A stretch of 64,000 bases of DNA. It comes from an uncultured virus (IMG/VR IMGVR_UViG_3300033068_001577) (taxonomy: Duplodnaviria; Heunggongvirae; Uroviricota; Caudoviricetes). Position numbers and translations under genes: made by a program. The stretch is taken from the IMG/VR virus record IMGVR_UViG_3300033068_001577, one strand, 5' to 3'. The notes under the pieces were generated by a model. It had not been told where the DNA came from and ran no database searches. It saw only the letters and a list, made by a program, of their open reading frames with translations. Positions 36,806 through 46,394 of the stretch are shown piece after piece. Each line of letters opens with the position of its first letter. The first letter of the stretch is position 1.

Positions 36806-37984
36806 TTATTTGATCCCCCACAACTGCACCTTGCCGCCATCAAAACTTGCGCCACCGACACCATCGAGCCGGATTGCGTCGATATTGCCCGTGACGTTGG
36901 CAAGCGCGGGCGTGTTGAAAGCCGTGCCCGCGCTCGACACGGTGTTCGGGACGATGGTGCGCACATACGCAGCGTCCGGATCGACCCAGTCGATGATGAC
37001 CAACCCCGACAGATCGATCGTCCCCGACCCCAGCGCCGCGCTGATTGGTACGGCTGTCGCGTAGGACGACCCGTTGTTGACGCTGACCTTGAGCTGAAGT
37101 GTTTCAGCGGCAGAGAACTCCACACGGCTCAGCCGGATCGCCAGTTGCTGGTATCCTTCAGGGATGCTGGTGATGATGACGGAACCGCCTGAAGGCGTAA
37201 CTGTGGTGCCTATCTGCGTCCAGCCGCCCGAGGACGCAGTTTTCCATTCCGGCGCCGTAGCGCCAGCGTTCATCGTCAGTACCTGTCCGGCAGTGCCCTT
37301 TGCCAGTTTGGTAAAGGCCGTTGCGCCGGAGGCGTAGAGCAAGTCGCCAGTAGCGTAGCTGGCAAAGCCGGTGCCGCCGCTGGCCGCCGCGATCGGTACG
37401 TCGAACGTATAGCCGCTGCTCGCGCCCGCAAAGGCCAGAAGGTTGGCACTGTGGGTGATAGTGACGTCGTTGGTATTCCAGCTGATGACACCGCCTGTGG
37501 TAAGATCGAGAGACGTGAGCCCCGTGATCGTGCCGCCGGTGATGGCAACGTTCGCCGCCGCCTGCGCGGCCAAGGTGCCGGTCAGACCCTGAACGACATT
37601 GGTGCCATCGCAATAGACCCACTGCGCCGTGCCGGCCGCGACGGACACACCCGTACCGGCTGCCGTCTTGAACGTCACGGCAAAGCCGCCGGTCGTCGAG
37701 TTCTTGGCGAGGTAGAGCTTGTTGGCCGTCGGGACGATGACGTTCCGCGCCGCAGTCATGGCGCCGGTGACGTTGATGACGGCGTTGCGCGCCTGGTCGG
37801 AGGTGCCGTCGAGCGAGGTCAGCGTCAGGTTGGCGACGTCGCCCTGCGCCACGCTGAGCACGCCCGTGATGGCCTGCTCGAGCAGCGTTCCGAGATTGGT
37901 GTTGGTCGTGTCGCCCCAGGTGCCCGACTGATCGCCGGTGGCCATCAGTTCGAGGCGGAGGCTGGTGGAGAATGTGCTGGCCAT
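36806..37984 (-). CDS. tail fibre protein
   Basis: N-terminal LELMATGDQSGTWG..TN.N; GGTG..Y..GDLLYA and GT.GQVL fibre motifs. Confidence 0.7.
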   Translation of the reverse strand: MASTFSTSLRLELMATGDQSGTWGDTTNTNLGTLLEQAITGVLSVAQGDVANLTLTSLDGTSDQARNAVINVTGAMTAARNVIVPTANKLYLAKNSTTGGFAVTFKTAAGTGVSVAAGTAQWVYCDGTNVVQGLTGTLAAQAAANVAITGGTITGLTSLDLTTGGVISWNTNDVTITHSANLLAFAGASSGYTFDVPIAAASGGTGFASYATGDLLYASGATAFTKLAKGTAGQVLTMNAGATAPEWKTASSGGWTQIGTTVTPSGGSVIITSIPEGYQQLAIRLSRVEFSAAETLQLKVSVNNGSSYATAVPISAALGSGTIDLSGLVIIDWVDPDAAYVRTIVPNTVSSAGTAFNTPALANVTGNIDAIRLDGVGGASFDGGKVQLWGIK

Positions 37985-37992
37985 CTAGCGCC

Positions 37993-38439
37993 TCACGAAG
38001 TGCCGAAGAGCCGCAGGAGCGCGGTCTGCGCGTCGGCGGTCGGAAAGACGATGTCCAGATCCTGCGCCGACTTGGTCTTGTCGCCGCCAAAGTTCAGCAC
38101 CATCACGGCACGGTTGGACTTGCTGGTGTTGTAGATCAAGCCGCCGCTCGTCGTCAGCGAGACGTTGGTGAAGGTCAGGTCGTCGAAATCGACATAGGCC
38201 ACGACGCCCGAGCTCGCTGGCCCGTTGACTGTGAGCGCCGATCCGCCGGCCGAATAGTTCGTGCCGCTGGTTTGGTCGGCGCCCATGTCGGAGTAGTTGG
38301 TTGTCCCAGCACCGAACGTCCCGACGATCGATGCCTGCGCGCGGAACAGCGCGAGGTTGAACACATCGACGTCGAAGTCGTGGATGCCTTGCAGCAGCTC
38401 CTGCAAAAACGAGGTGCAGACCGACTGGGTGATCGCCAT
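37993..38439 (-). CDS. virion structural protein
   Basis: MAITQ..CTSF..ELL.G.HDF...Y.AGG..L...LIYN...VL.FG.DK, a phage structural pattern. Confidence 0.65.
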   Translation of the reverse strand: MAITQSVCTSFLQELLQGIHDFDVDVFNLALFRAQASIVGTFGAGTTNYSDMGADQTSGTNYSAGGSALTVNGPASSGVVAYVDFDDLTFTNVSLTTSGGLIYNTSKSNRAVMVLNFGGDKTKSAQDLDIVFPTADAQTALLRLFGTS

Positions 38440-39105
38440 TTATTCGGCCTTCCGCCTTTCGCCGTTGCGGTACACGTCCTTGCGGTCGCGCACTTCGCCG
38501 AGGTTCTTGAGGCCCTGCAGCCCGACGATGAACCGCTCCTCGTATTTGTCGCCCATGTTGTCGATGCCCGCCACGCGCTTGAGGTAGTTCGACGCTTCAC
38601 TGAGCGTGCCATAGAGCAGCGTATCATAGGCGTGATTGCTGAGCCACGTCCCGCCGGCGGGATTGGTGGTGAGCGAGGCCGGGCGGTAGAAGTAGCTCAG
38701 CAGCGTCGCGTAGCTCGACGCGGGCGTCGGCCCGATGAGGATCGTGGTGGAATCGGCGGCGGCCGTCTGGATGGCGTAGGCTGCCGGGACGCCCGTGCTT
38801 GTCGGGTTCGGCCAGACCTCGCGGATGTAGCTCAGTTCCTTGGGCAGGAGATAGGCATACTCGCCACTCGCAAGGATCACAGCGAAGCCCTCGGCCGCGA
38901 GGAAATCGTCTGGCAATGCCAGGGTCGAAACGCCCGACGTCATGCTCAGGGCCGTCGTGCTCTTCAGGTTCGACGGCGTCTGCGTAAGATAGAATATTCT
39001 TTCTTCCGCAGCTTGAATAAAACGCGGTATCTCAGCGACAAAGTCTGCGTCGTCGTACGTGGTGTACAACAATACATCGTTGGTCATCTGTGTAAGCGTA
39101 GTCAT
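38440..39105 (-). CDS. tail adaptor (tubular protein A-like)
   Basis: IPRFIQAAEERI, LP.DFL, G.P..YA, GPTP, TWLS....LLYG.L.EA..Y.K. Confidence 0.7.
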   Translation of the reverse strand: MTTLTQMTNDVLLYTTYDDADFVAEIPRFIQAAEERIFYLTQTPSNLKSTTALSMTSGVSTLALPDDFLAAEGFAVILASGEYAYLLPKELSYIREVWPNPTSTGVPAAYAIQTAAADSTTILIGPTPASSYATLLSYFYRPASLTTNPAGGTWLSNHAYDTLLYGTLSEASNYLKRVAGIDNMGDKYEERFIVGLQGLKNLGEVRDRKDVYRNGERRKAE

Positions 39106-39785
39106 TTGCTTGTATCTCGGTAGCTAAACACTAAACCTTTTACTGACGGCTTTCTACCTTTCAATACTTTAGTCACTGCGTCGTACGGCAGTCCGTAAAA
39201 ACAAGCTGCCTCTTTCACACTCTCGAAAGAATTTCCATCCGTCGTGCACACAACGGGGACACCTTTATAGTAGTTAGGGTGTCCTTTAAGAGATTCACTG
39301 GTTTTGCGACGCGCTTCCACGCTTTTAAAGCGAGCCCACGGATGTTTACTACCTGTCAGGCTTTTGCTTATTCGTGCTCTGTGCTCTTCACTAAATTTTT
39401 TGCCGAGCCAAGTTCCTGGGTAGCCTTTGCGGTTAGCGCTAATTTTTGCGCGGACTTCGGGCGGCATGCTGCCGCCGTCGCCTCCGAAAGACAAGTTGTA
39501 CTCCGGTCGGTAGCCGGCGATGGCTTCCATCTCGTACACTTTGGCCAAATCTTCGTCGTCGCCAAAGTCGCCCAGCACGCGAAAAGAAAAACTGCCTACC
39601 CCGTACTTAGCCATGGCGCGCTGAAACTTATACTGAGTTTGCTGCCCCCGCGCGGCTTTTACGTGCTGAGATCGCCGTATTTCCAGTCCCTGCGTGGTAA
39701 ACCCGATATACCGGTGCCCATTCACGAGGTTTACAGCCTCGTAAACAATGGCAGAGTTTACCGCGCGCGGAGGAGCTTGAACCAC
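39102..39785 (-). CDS. free-standing GIY-YIG homing endonuclease with NUMOD3-like repeats
   Basis: IVYEA.N..NG..YIG.T...R...H...KYG...E...I....PEYN; GKKFSEEHRARISKS; low GC. Confidence 0.88.
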   Translation of the reverse strand: MVQAPPRAVNSAIVYEAVNLVNGHRYIGFTTQGLEIRRSQHVKAARGQQTQYKFQRAMAKYGVGSFSFRVLGDFGDDEDLAKVYEMEAIAGYRPEYNLSFGGDGGSMPPEVRAKISANRKGYPGTWLGKKFSEEHRARISKSLTGSKHPWARFKSVEARRKTSESLKGHPNYYKGVPVVCTTDGNSFESVKEAACFYGLPYDAVTKVLKGRKPSVKGLVFSYRDTSK

Positions 39786-39788
39786 AGG

Positions 39789-39956
39789 CTACTTCTTCTT
39801 GCCTTCGTGGTAATTCTCGCTGGCTGCGAACGCGGCCTTCTCGCGCGCGTTGACCATCGGCGGCGCGAGCTGCGGCGACAGGCAGTAGCGATCGACGATC
39901 TTGTCGGGCTTGTTCTTGCCCTCGGCTGCGCCCCAGCCCCGACGTGTCGCGCTCAT
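39789..39956 (-). CDS. small hypothetical protein
   Basis: ATG 39956 in ATGA overlap; RGWGAA motif. Confidence 0.5.
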   Translation of the reverse strand: MSATRRGWGAAEGKNKPDKIVDRYCLSPQLAPPMVNAREKAAFAASENYHEGKKK

Positions 39957-40075
39957 TTCTTCGCCCCGTTCTTGACGTCCTTGCCCGGCGCGACGGCGGA
40001 TTTCTCGATCCGCCCGAGACCGCCCCCGGCGCCGCCGGTCATCTTGGCGGGCTTGACCTTGACCATGTTCTTCAT
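39953..40075 (-). CDS. small Gly/Lys-rich peptide
   Basis: 40-aa ORF MKNMVKVK..MTGGAGGGLGRIEK with AAGGAG RBS; too short for the ORF track. Confidence 0.55.
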   Translation of the reverse strand: MKNMVKVKPAKMTGGAGGGLGRIEKSAVAPGKDVKNGAKK

Positions 40076-40090
40076 CGCGCGCTCCTTGCG

Positions 40091-40423
40091 TCAGATGACC
40101 ACGACGTTGTTCACCACAACCTGCACATTGTTTAGCGGATTGCCGACCGGCAACCAACCGAAAAGCGTGATCGAACCCTGCCGGCTGTTGTCCGGGCGCG
40201 GATCGAGCAGCGACTGTGGATCGAAAATCTTCTGCCTGCCGAGTTGCAACTGCGGCTGGTCCTGGTCGAGGCAGGCACGGCACACGAGTAATCCGTTGAG
40301 CCTCATGTCATACGTCTCGGCTCTTAGCTGGTTGAGTTTAAATGCGAATCCGCATCGGTCGCAAAGTCCGAGAGCCCAACCGGGGCGGTTCGAGCTCTGC
40401 GTTGTGCCGCCCGAGTGACTCAT
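40091..40423 (-). CDS. Zn-ribbon phage protein
   Basis: CDRCGF...VCRAC.D...PQ...DPRPD. Confidence 0.65.
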   Translation of the reverse strand: MSHSGGTTQSSNRPGWALGLCDRCGFAFKLNQLRAETYDMRLNGLLVCRACLDQDQPQLQLGRQKIFDPQSLLDPRPDNSRQGSITLFGWLPVGNPLNNVQVVVNNVVVI

Positions 40424-41121
40424 CGCGAGCCCGTCCGGTACGAGCTCGACCGCGGCACAATGCTCAGGGTCGAGCGGTCACGATCCTCGTCGGCGGCCCG
40501 CTGCCACGCCTTGTCGTAAGCCATCTCGAGACGCGCGATCAGATTGGGGTCGTCCTGCCGGCGCTTCTCGGCGATGTGGTAAGCCAGCCCGGCAATAAAG
40601 GCCGGGAGGAAACGAAACGGAAAGTCTCCGGTGTTGCTGTAGGCGCCAGCGTCCTGGATACGGCGCAGCACCCAGTAGACCAGCGTGTAGCCGTCGGTGT
40701 TGGGTAGCGGCCACAGCTTGACGATCGGGGCGTCGCGCTGGCGATCGACGTAGATTTCCGTCGGGCGCCCGGTGATGGTCGGGTTGGTGTGCCCGGCATA
40801 GGTGCTGACGCTGGTGCGCGTCAGGTTGTAGCGCGTCACCTGCGTGGTGTTGGGTACCTGGATCATCGTCTCGATCAGATCGACAATGTCGGAACCGAGC
40901 GTGTACTCACCGTCAAACGCCGTCAGGGCCTGGGTGCGCTCTTCCACTGTCCAGAGATTGACCCCGCGGTTGGCCCAGTCGGCAAACAGCAGGTTGATGC
41001 TTCGCCGCGCGGTGCGCATGTCATAGCCGACACGCGGCCCATCCCCGGTCGCGCGCTCGAACGCCTCTTCGATGGCGTCCGTGAAGTCGGGGTTGAAGAT
41101 GGCCGTTCCGCTGGTCGTCAT
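40420..41121 (-). CDS. head-tail connector-like protein
   Basis: IEEAFER..GYD.RTARRS.NLLFADWANRG.NLWT; G.P....DR...LWP.P. Confidence 0.65.
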   Translation of the reverse strand: MTTSGTAIFNPDFTDAIEEAFERATGDGPRVGYDMRTARRSINLLFADWANRGVNLWTVEERTQALTAFDGEYTLGSDIVDLIETMIQVPNTTQVTRYNLTRTSVSTYAGHTNPTITGRPTEIYVDRQRDAPIVKLWPLPNTDGYTLVYWVLRRIQDAGAYSNTGDFPFRFLPAFIAGLAYHIAEKRRQDDPNLIARLEMAYDKAWQRAADEDRDRSTLSIVPRSSSYRTGSR

Positions 41122-41133
41122 GGCTGTGCTCTC

Positions 41134-42513
41134 CTATGCGATTGTTAGCACAGTCGAGAGTTGTTCGGCCAGCGTGCCTGCCGAATTCGCCACCACTTCG
41201 CCCGTCCGCAATGTCTTGCCGCTCGATCCGGCCGGGATGACATAGTTCATGTCGTTCGAGACCAGCGCGCCGTTGAGATACCAGTTCCACACACGCGATG
41301 TCGGGGCATAGTTGTAGAGCCCCGGCAGCACGCAAGCGACGGCGCCTGAGACCAGTTGGCTACCATAGAGACCGGCGCCGCCGGTCAGGAAGTTCGGCAG
41401 CCAATACGAGCCGATACGCGGGCCAAAACGAACGGCAGGCGGACACCATGTGGCGCGCCAGGGGAAACTGTTGCGGATGACGCTGAGCGTCTGCGTCCAC
41501 ACCGAGGCTGTGACGGTGCCGCTGCCCTGCAGCGTGCCGCTGACGTTTTCGTTGAACCAGATATTGTTGTCGCCCGCTGTCCGCGTCGCCCCGTCTGGGG
41601 TCACGCTCGGCAGGCCATCATAGACGCCACTGACGGACGTGTAAGTGCCGGGCGTCGGGTTATAGGCCGTCACCACTTGAGCGCAGAGTGTCGAGCCGCT
41701 GTTGCTGGAGCCGGGCAAGCCGCGCACCGAGAACAGGTTGTAGTCGCGGAACTTCATGTTGGTGAAGACGATGCCGCTCGAAACCTCGAAGCCACCATAG
41801 CCGCCGTTATAGCCGCGCAGGAATTCGCAGTTATCCACCGTGACGTTGGTCGAGGTCAGTTGCTCGACCACAAGCCCGCGCCCGCTCGTGCCGTCCGACT
41901 GCATCGGAATGCACAGATTGCTCCACTGGCAATCATACGAGCCGTAGTTGTTGAAGCTGTCTTCGGACCATGAGATGCCGGGAATCGGCTCATCGGAGCA
42001 GTTCGATACCGCGATGTCGTGGCAGCTCTGAAGCTGCACTGCCTGCCCCCGCGGGTACGGGCCGCGCGTCGTGTGGCTCTCGATAGAGCTGACGGTACCG
42101 TTGAGGCAATTCTGAAGCAGGATGCTCGACGCGGCATCCACAACTGTCACCCGGCGGATCGTCACGCCGTTGGTGCCAATCAGGTTGATGCCGGTCTGGA
42201 ACGTGCTCTGCGTCGGCCCCACCATCGGCGCGGCCTGGTTGATAATCATGCAGTCCTCGATGATGATCGAGGGCCCTACAGAGCCACGGAAGATACCGCG
42301 CCCGGTCGTGCTGTTGCCGTTGTAGTAGATCAGGCAATTGCGGATCGTGATCGTGCCGCTCGACCAGCTATCGAGGTTGATGCCCGTGCCGGTGGCGCGG
42401 ATCAGATAGCCCTCAATCGTGGTCGTGCCAGAGCCCGAGGGCGTCAGCCCGGCGCTGATGGTCAGGCCGTTATAGACTGCCCGCCGTGTGAGCTGAGGTG
42501 AGACCGCGACCAA
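41134..42513 (-). CDS. right-handed beta-helix protein with C-terminal Ig-like segment (putative spike/depolymerase)
   Basis: Repeating ITIRNC/IIIEDC/VTIRRV/VTVDNC strands; start uncertain (TTG). Confidence 0.6.
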   Translation of the reverse strand: MVAVSPQLTRRAVYNGLTISAGLTPSGSGTTTIEGYLIRATGTGINLDSWSSGTITIRNCLIYYNGNSTTGRGIFRGSVGPSIIIEDCMIINQAAPMVGPTQSTFQTGINLIGTNGVTIRRVTVVDAASSILLQNCLNGTVSSIESHTTRGPYPRGQAVQLQSCHDIAVSNCSDEPIPGISWSEDSFNNYGSYDCQWSNLCIPMQSDGTSGRGLVVEQLTSTNVTVDNCEFLRGYNGGYGGFEVSSGIVFTNMKFRDYNLFSVRGLPGSSNSGSTLCAQVVTAYNPTPGTYTSVSGVYDGLPSVTPDGATRTAGDNNIWFNENVSGTLQGSGTVTASVWTQTLSVIRNSFPWRATWCPPAVRFGPRIGSYWLPNFLTGGAGLYGSQLVSGAVACVLPGLYNYAPTSRVWNWYLNGALVSNDMNYVIPAGSSGKTLRTGEVVANSAGTLAEQLSTVLTIA

Positions 42514-43065
42514 TCATGCCACCAGCGCACGGAAAGACACGCCGCAGCCGGCCGGGATCTGGCCTTGCGCCAGCGTTCCCGGAGTAGCTGTGGCCGGGAG
42601 CGGGAAGGCGGATGTTTGCCGCGCCAGTCCACATGCCCGCCCGATCATCGCGCCCACGCTGCCAGACCACATAGTGGTCGTGGTGGCGTCAGCCGCGACG
42701 GCGATAAACAGGATCTGCGGATAGGCGACCACGTAGTCTGTGATGTTGAACTCTTGGAGAACGTTGGTTCCGGCCTGAGCCGTCGAACCCGCAGAGACAA
42801 CCCGAGCGGCGGGCAGCCCGGCAACGCAGGTATAGAGACCCACGTCCACGTTTCCGGCTGCGGTTGAGCCGTTCTGCATCCAGAGCTTGGTGATGATGCC
42901 CGGCGCATTGAAATAAATCGGCATGTAGATTGCGACGTTTGCCGCGCCTGCCAGCGAGGACCAAGTCTGCGAGGACATCGGAGCGCCGGTCGCGCCGATC
43001 ATTTCCGCGCCAAGCCCCTGCAACAGTGAGTATGCCGGCAGCATGATTTCGTTGGCGTAAGCCAT
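42514..43065 (-). CDS. beta-rich virion protein (paralogue of 43065-43637)
   Basis: GNVDVGLY, SAGSTAQAGTNVLQ. Confidence 0.6.
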   Translation of the reverse strand: MAYANEIMLPAYSLLQGLGAEMIGATGAPMSSQTWSSLAGAANVAIYMPIYFNAPGIITKLWMQNGSTAAGNVDVGLYTCVAGLPAARVVSAGSTAQAGTNVLQEFNITDYVVAYPQILFIAVAADATTTTMWSGSVGAMIGRACGLARQTSAFPLPATATPGTLAQGQIPAGCGVSFRALVA

Positions 43066-43637
43066 CAGACGCTCGCTTTCTGGCTGAGCCCAAAGTGAGG
43101 CGTGTAGGTCTGCGCCATCAGCGCCAGCGTCAGCGTCGAGGGCAAAGTCACCGCGCCGTTGGCGACCTGGGCAAACCCAAACCCGGCGAGCGTCGAGGCG
43201 GTTGAGGCGGTCTTGGCGAACACGGTTGCGGTGGTGTTGTCCACGCAAAGCGCGGCATAGTAGTTGCCGGGCTGCAGCGTGAAGGCGCTCGCAACCGACT
43301 GTGGCACGTTGGTGCCAGACTGAGCGGTTGAGCCAGTGGACACCAGCCGAGTTACCGTCGAGGTGCCCCCGCCGTTGTTATAGACGCCGATGTCGAAATT
43401 GCCCGAGACCGCCGCGCCGTTGTTGACGAACAGCGACGCGAAGGTGGTCGCGACGTCAAGGACGAACGGGAACAGGATGGCGAGATTAGCAACTGGCCAC
43501 GTTGCCGATGCCCATGCGGCGCCAGAGGCGAATCGGCTGTCGGCGCCGTTCATCGCCTCGATTGACCCCGGCGTGACGCAGATGCGCGTCGGCATGAACT
43601 TTACGGGCGGCGTGTAGCCGGCGGCGGCGCCACGCAT
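43065..43637 (-). CDS. beta-rich virion protein
   Basis: GNFDIGVY, STGSTAQSGTNVPQ. Confidence 0.6.
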   Translation of the reverse strand: MRGAAAGYTPPVKFMPTRICVTPGSIEAMNGADSRFASGAAWASATWPVANLAILFPFVLDVATTFASLFVNNGAAVSGNFDIGVYNNGGGTSTVTRLVSTGSTAQSGTNVPQSVASAFTLQPGNYYAALCVDNTTATVFAKTASTASTLAGFGFAQVANGAVTLPSTLTLALMAQTYTPHFGLSQKASV

Positions 43638-44926
43638 TACGCCACCTCTTCCATGTAGGCGATGGTCGTGGTCAGACCTGTGTCACAGATGGCCTGGAAC
43701 AACGCCGATGACTGCGAGGTGTACGAGGCACCGGGGATCAGCGCAAAGCCATTTGCCGTTGTTGTCGTGGCCTCTCCGATCCATGCCGTGTTGGCGCCGA
43801 CATTCAGGAACGTCACCGACATGCGGCTGGTGTTCTGCGTCAGAAGCGTGCCCACCGTTGCCGTGACGGCCACTTGGTTGTTGTTGAGCGACGTGGCGCG
43901 AGCTGCGACCACCGGGCTTGAGGCCGAGGCCGCTGCAATGCCGGGCGGCAGATAGGTCAGTGGCGTGCCGGTCGTGTCGGCGACGATGGTGAACTGGTCG
44001 CCGTACTGGTCGGTGCGGAACGGGGTATAGTCGCCGTTGGCACCGAATGCCGTGGCGGTATCGACACGCACACCGAGCGCCATGACGCCGGTATCGCCGC
44101 TGGCATGCGCTGCGTCCTCGGCCTTGCCGAGGTTGGTGGCACCGGTCCACGTCTGGTTGCTGGCAATAGCCACCGGGAGCGAAGCCGACATCGTGGTCTG
44201 GCCGAGCGCGATCGCAGCGCCACCGACCTCGATGAGGTTGACGTCGCCGCCCCCGCCACCGCCGCCGCTCGAGTTCGACGAGACATAGGTCGCGTTGACG
44301 TTGACCGAGAGCTCGGCCCCGCTCGAGTAGCTGTTGACAAGAATGCGCACCGCGGCGGCGCCGCCATCGGCGTACCACTGGTTGTCGGCCGCCTGGCTCG
44401 CAGCGATATTGATCCACTGCACCTGTTGCGCCGGGGCGCTGTAGAGCGAGGCGTCGAGGACGTTGTCGAAGGTCTGTTGCACCGAGAAGTTGGCGGTGCC
44501 TGTCACATCGACATTGATGATGACGGTGTCTTCGGCGAGGTGGTTGGTGGCGATGGTCTGCGACGAGACCTCGTCGACCCAGCCGATGTCGCCGGTATCG
44601 GCACCCCAGGTCGAGGCCGGGGTCACCGAGGTCAGCGTGTAGAAATAGCCCGTCGTTTCGACCGTGGCACTGCCGGCCGGGCCAGCAATGGTTTCCGTCA
44701 GGGCGTTACCGTCGGGATCCGTGCCGACAAAGGTGATGTTGATCCCGGCCTTGCTGTTGCCGCTGTCGTTGCGCACCGAAACCTGGTGCGCCAGCCCGTC
44801 GGTCGCGCTGTTGCGCGCCAGCGTCCAGCTCGCGCCGGTGACGTTCGAGGCGAAGCCCGTGAGATTGGCGTCTGCCAGATCATAGGTGAAAATCTGCGGC
44901 TTGGAGAGGCTCTGGCTGCCAGGCAT
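43637..44926 (-). CDS. multidomain virion fibre/decoration protein
   Basis: Ser/Thr/Gly-rich, poly-Gly linker, KAEDAAHASGDTGVM motif. Confidence 0.6.
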   Translation of the reverse strand: MPGSQSLSKPQIFTYDLADANLTGFASNVTGASWTLARNSATDGLAHQVSVRNDSGNSKAGINITFVGTDPDGNALTETIAGPAGSATVETTGYFYTLTSVTPASTWGADTGDIGWVDEVSSQTIATNHLAEDTVIINVDVTGTANFSVQQTFDNVLDASLYSAPAQQVQWINIAASQAADNQWYADGGAAAVRILVNSYSSGAELSVNVNATYVSSNSSGGGGGGGDVNLIEVGGAAIALGQTTMSASLPVAIASNQTWTGATNLGKAEDAAHASGDTGVMALGVRVDTATAFGANGDYTPFRTDQYGDQFTIVADTTGTPLTYLPPGIAAASASSPVVAARATSLNNNQVAVTATVGTLLTQNTSRMSVTFLNVGANTAWIGEATTTTANGFALIPGASYTSQSSALFQAICDTGLTTTIAYMEEVA

Positions 44927-45001
44927 CTCAGTTCCCCTTCAAGGATGGGGGGAGCGCGGCGCGCTCCCCGTTGCTGTGTCGACCCGTCAAAGGACCGCCT
45001 A

Positions 45002-45943
45002 TCAGGAGTCAGCCGCCGGAAGCAGGTAGCCCGAGGCGCCGAGGACACCGGTCTTGTAGTTGTTGAAGAACCGGACGCCGACGCTAGTGGTCATGAACAG
45101 ATCGGTGGCCGCCAGATCCGCCAGGTAGTTGCGCGCCACGAGGCCGGTCGAGGTGGTGCCGCCGACGCTGATGAAGCCGCCGCCGGTGTCAGCCGTCTGC
45201 GCGCTGATCGTCGAGTTGTCGGTGCACAAGAGGTTGGTCAGCACGCCGGCCGTGACCGTCATCAGGATCGCGGCGGTCGCGGTGCGCGCCAGCTTGATGC
45301 TGTTGCCCTGGATGACGGCGCTGTCGATATCGTTGGCCGTCAGGATGAAGCTGTTCACCGAAGTGGTGCCGAGCCCGTTCCAGCTGTTGCCGATGGCCGT
45401 CAGGCGGTCAGCGGTATTGGCCGCGCCCGAGGCGTTGACGATGTTGAGGAAGTTGAGGACGCCCGAACTGTCGGTGAAGGTGTTGCCGATCAGGTTGAGG
45501 CCGGCGGCCGTGACGGTGATCGCTGCGGCGATCGAGAGGAAATTGGCGGTGAAGCGGAAGTTCTGCAGCGTGACATTGGCCGCGCTGACCGGGATCGAGG
45601 CCGTGGCTGCCGTGGTGAAGTCGAACACCGCGCGCTGGTTGCCGGCGCCGAGGGCGATCAGCTTGACGTTGGCGACGTTCAGCAGAAGGGCCGTGGCCGA
45701 GGAAATCGTCGTGGTCGAGCCGGGCAGCACGAAGATCGTGGCGTAGGCGCCCGAGGGGATCTGCGTCAGCGCGTAGGCGACGGTCTGGTACGGGCCATTG
45801 GGGCTGTTGCCCGAGCCGGCGTTCACGCCATTGACGGTGTCGACGAAAAACACGGTGCCGGTGAGAGGCTGGCCGTCGGACTGGCTGCCGTAAACGGGGA
45901 TGCCGAAGGACGAGATGCCGTTCGGGAAATTGGTCAAACCCAC
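45002..45943 (-). CDS. virion decoration/fibre protein with beta-helix-like body
   Basis: GTG start with GGAG RBS; LTNFPNG.SSFG.P N terminus; strong codon bias. Confidence 0.65.
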   Translation of the reverse strand: MGLTNFPNGISSFGIPVYGSQSDGQPLTGTVFFVDTVNGVNAGSGNSPNGPYQTVAYALTQIPSGAYATIFVLPGSTTTISSATALLLNVANVKLIALGAGNQRAVFDFTTAATASIPVSAANVTLQNFRFTANFLSIAAAITVTAAGLNLIGNTFTDSSGVLNFLNIVNASGAANTADRLTAIGNSWNGLGTTSVNSFILTANDIDSAVIQGNSIKLARTATAAILMTVTAGVLTNLLCTDNSTISAQTADTGGGFISVGGTTSTGLVARNYLADLAATDLFMTTSVGVRFFNNYKTGVLGASGYLLPAADS

Positions 45944-46030
45944 TGTAGTTCTCCATGTGATAGCGCCACAGCCGGAGTAGCCAGGATGGGTGCCCCATGG
46001 CGCTTGACACGGACAGTAGCACGCGGGGTG

Positions 46031-46058
46031 AAAAAAGAAAGGCCCTCTCGCGAGGGCC
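46031..46058 (-). terminator. intrinsic terminator
   Basis: GGCCCTC/GAGGGCC stem followed by TTTCTTTTTT on the minus strand. Confidence 0.75.
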
Positions 46059-46163
46059 TCAAGTTGTCCATGTCAATGGAGTGTCGACGGCCCGAGGGAG
46101 GAGGATACGGGTCGTCGAGAGTTTTGTAGCGGGTGGTTTGACCAGGGTCAAGCTATCTCGGCG

Positions 46164-46388
46164 TTACCTAATGCCGAGCATTGACGCGGATTCTTGCGCA
46201 ACAAATGCCCACACGTCGTAATGAGGATGCCGCGCTGACCTGCTTTGAGTAGCGACCTTGTGTTGCGCATTGCGGTAGATTCTTTCAAGAAGTTCTCGGT
46301 GCTCAATCCACGTCCACGGCGCTAGGTTGAGATACGACGCTACACGCTGAAGGTCGTCGTCTGTCGGTTCCGGCATCTTGTCCCTCAT
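46164..46388 (-). CDS. hypothetical protein
   Basis: 74-aa lower-GC ORF next to the endonuclease gene. Confidence 0.45.
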   Translation of the reverse strand: MRDKMPEPTDDDLQRVASYLNLAPWTWIEHRELLERIYRNAQHKVATQSRSARHPHYDVWAFVAQESASMLGIR

Positions 46389-46394
46389 GATGTC

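Noticed and set aside
34874..45943. Diversity-generating retroelement or invertible tail-fibre cassette
   Set aside because: No reverse transcriptase, invertase or near-identical template/variable repeat seen; the paralogues are similar only at protein level
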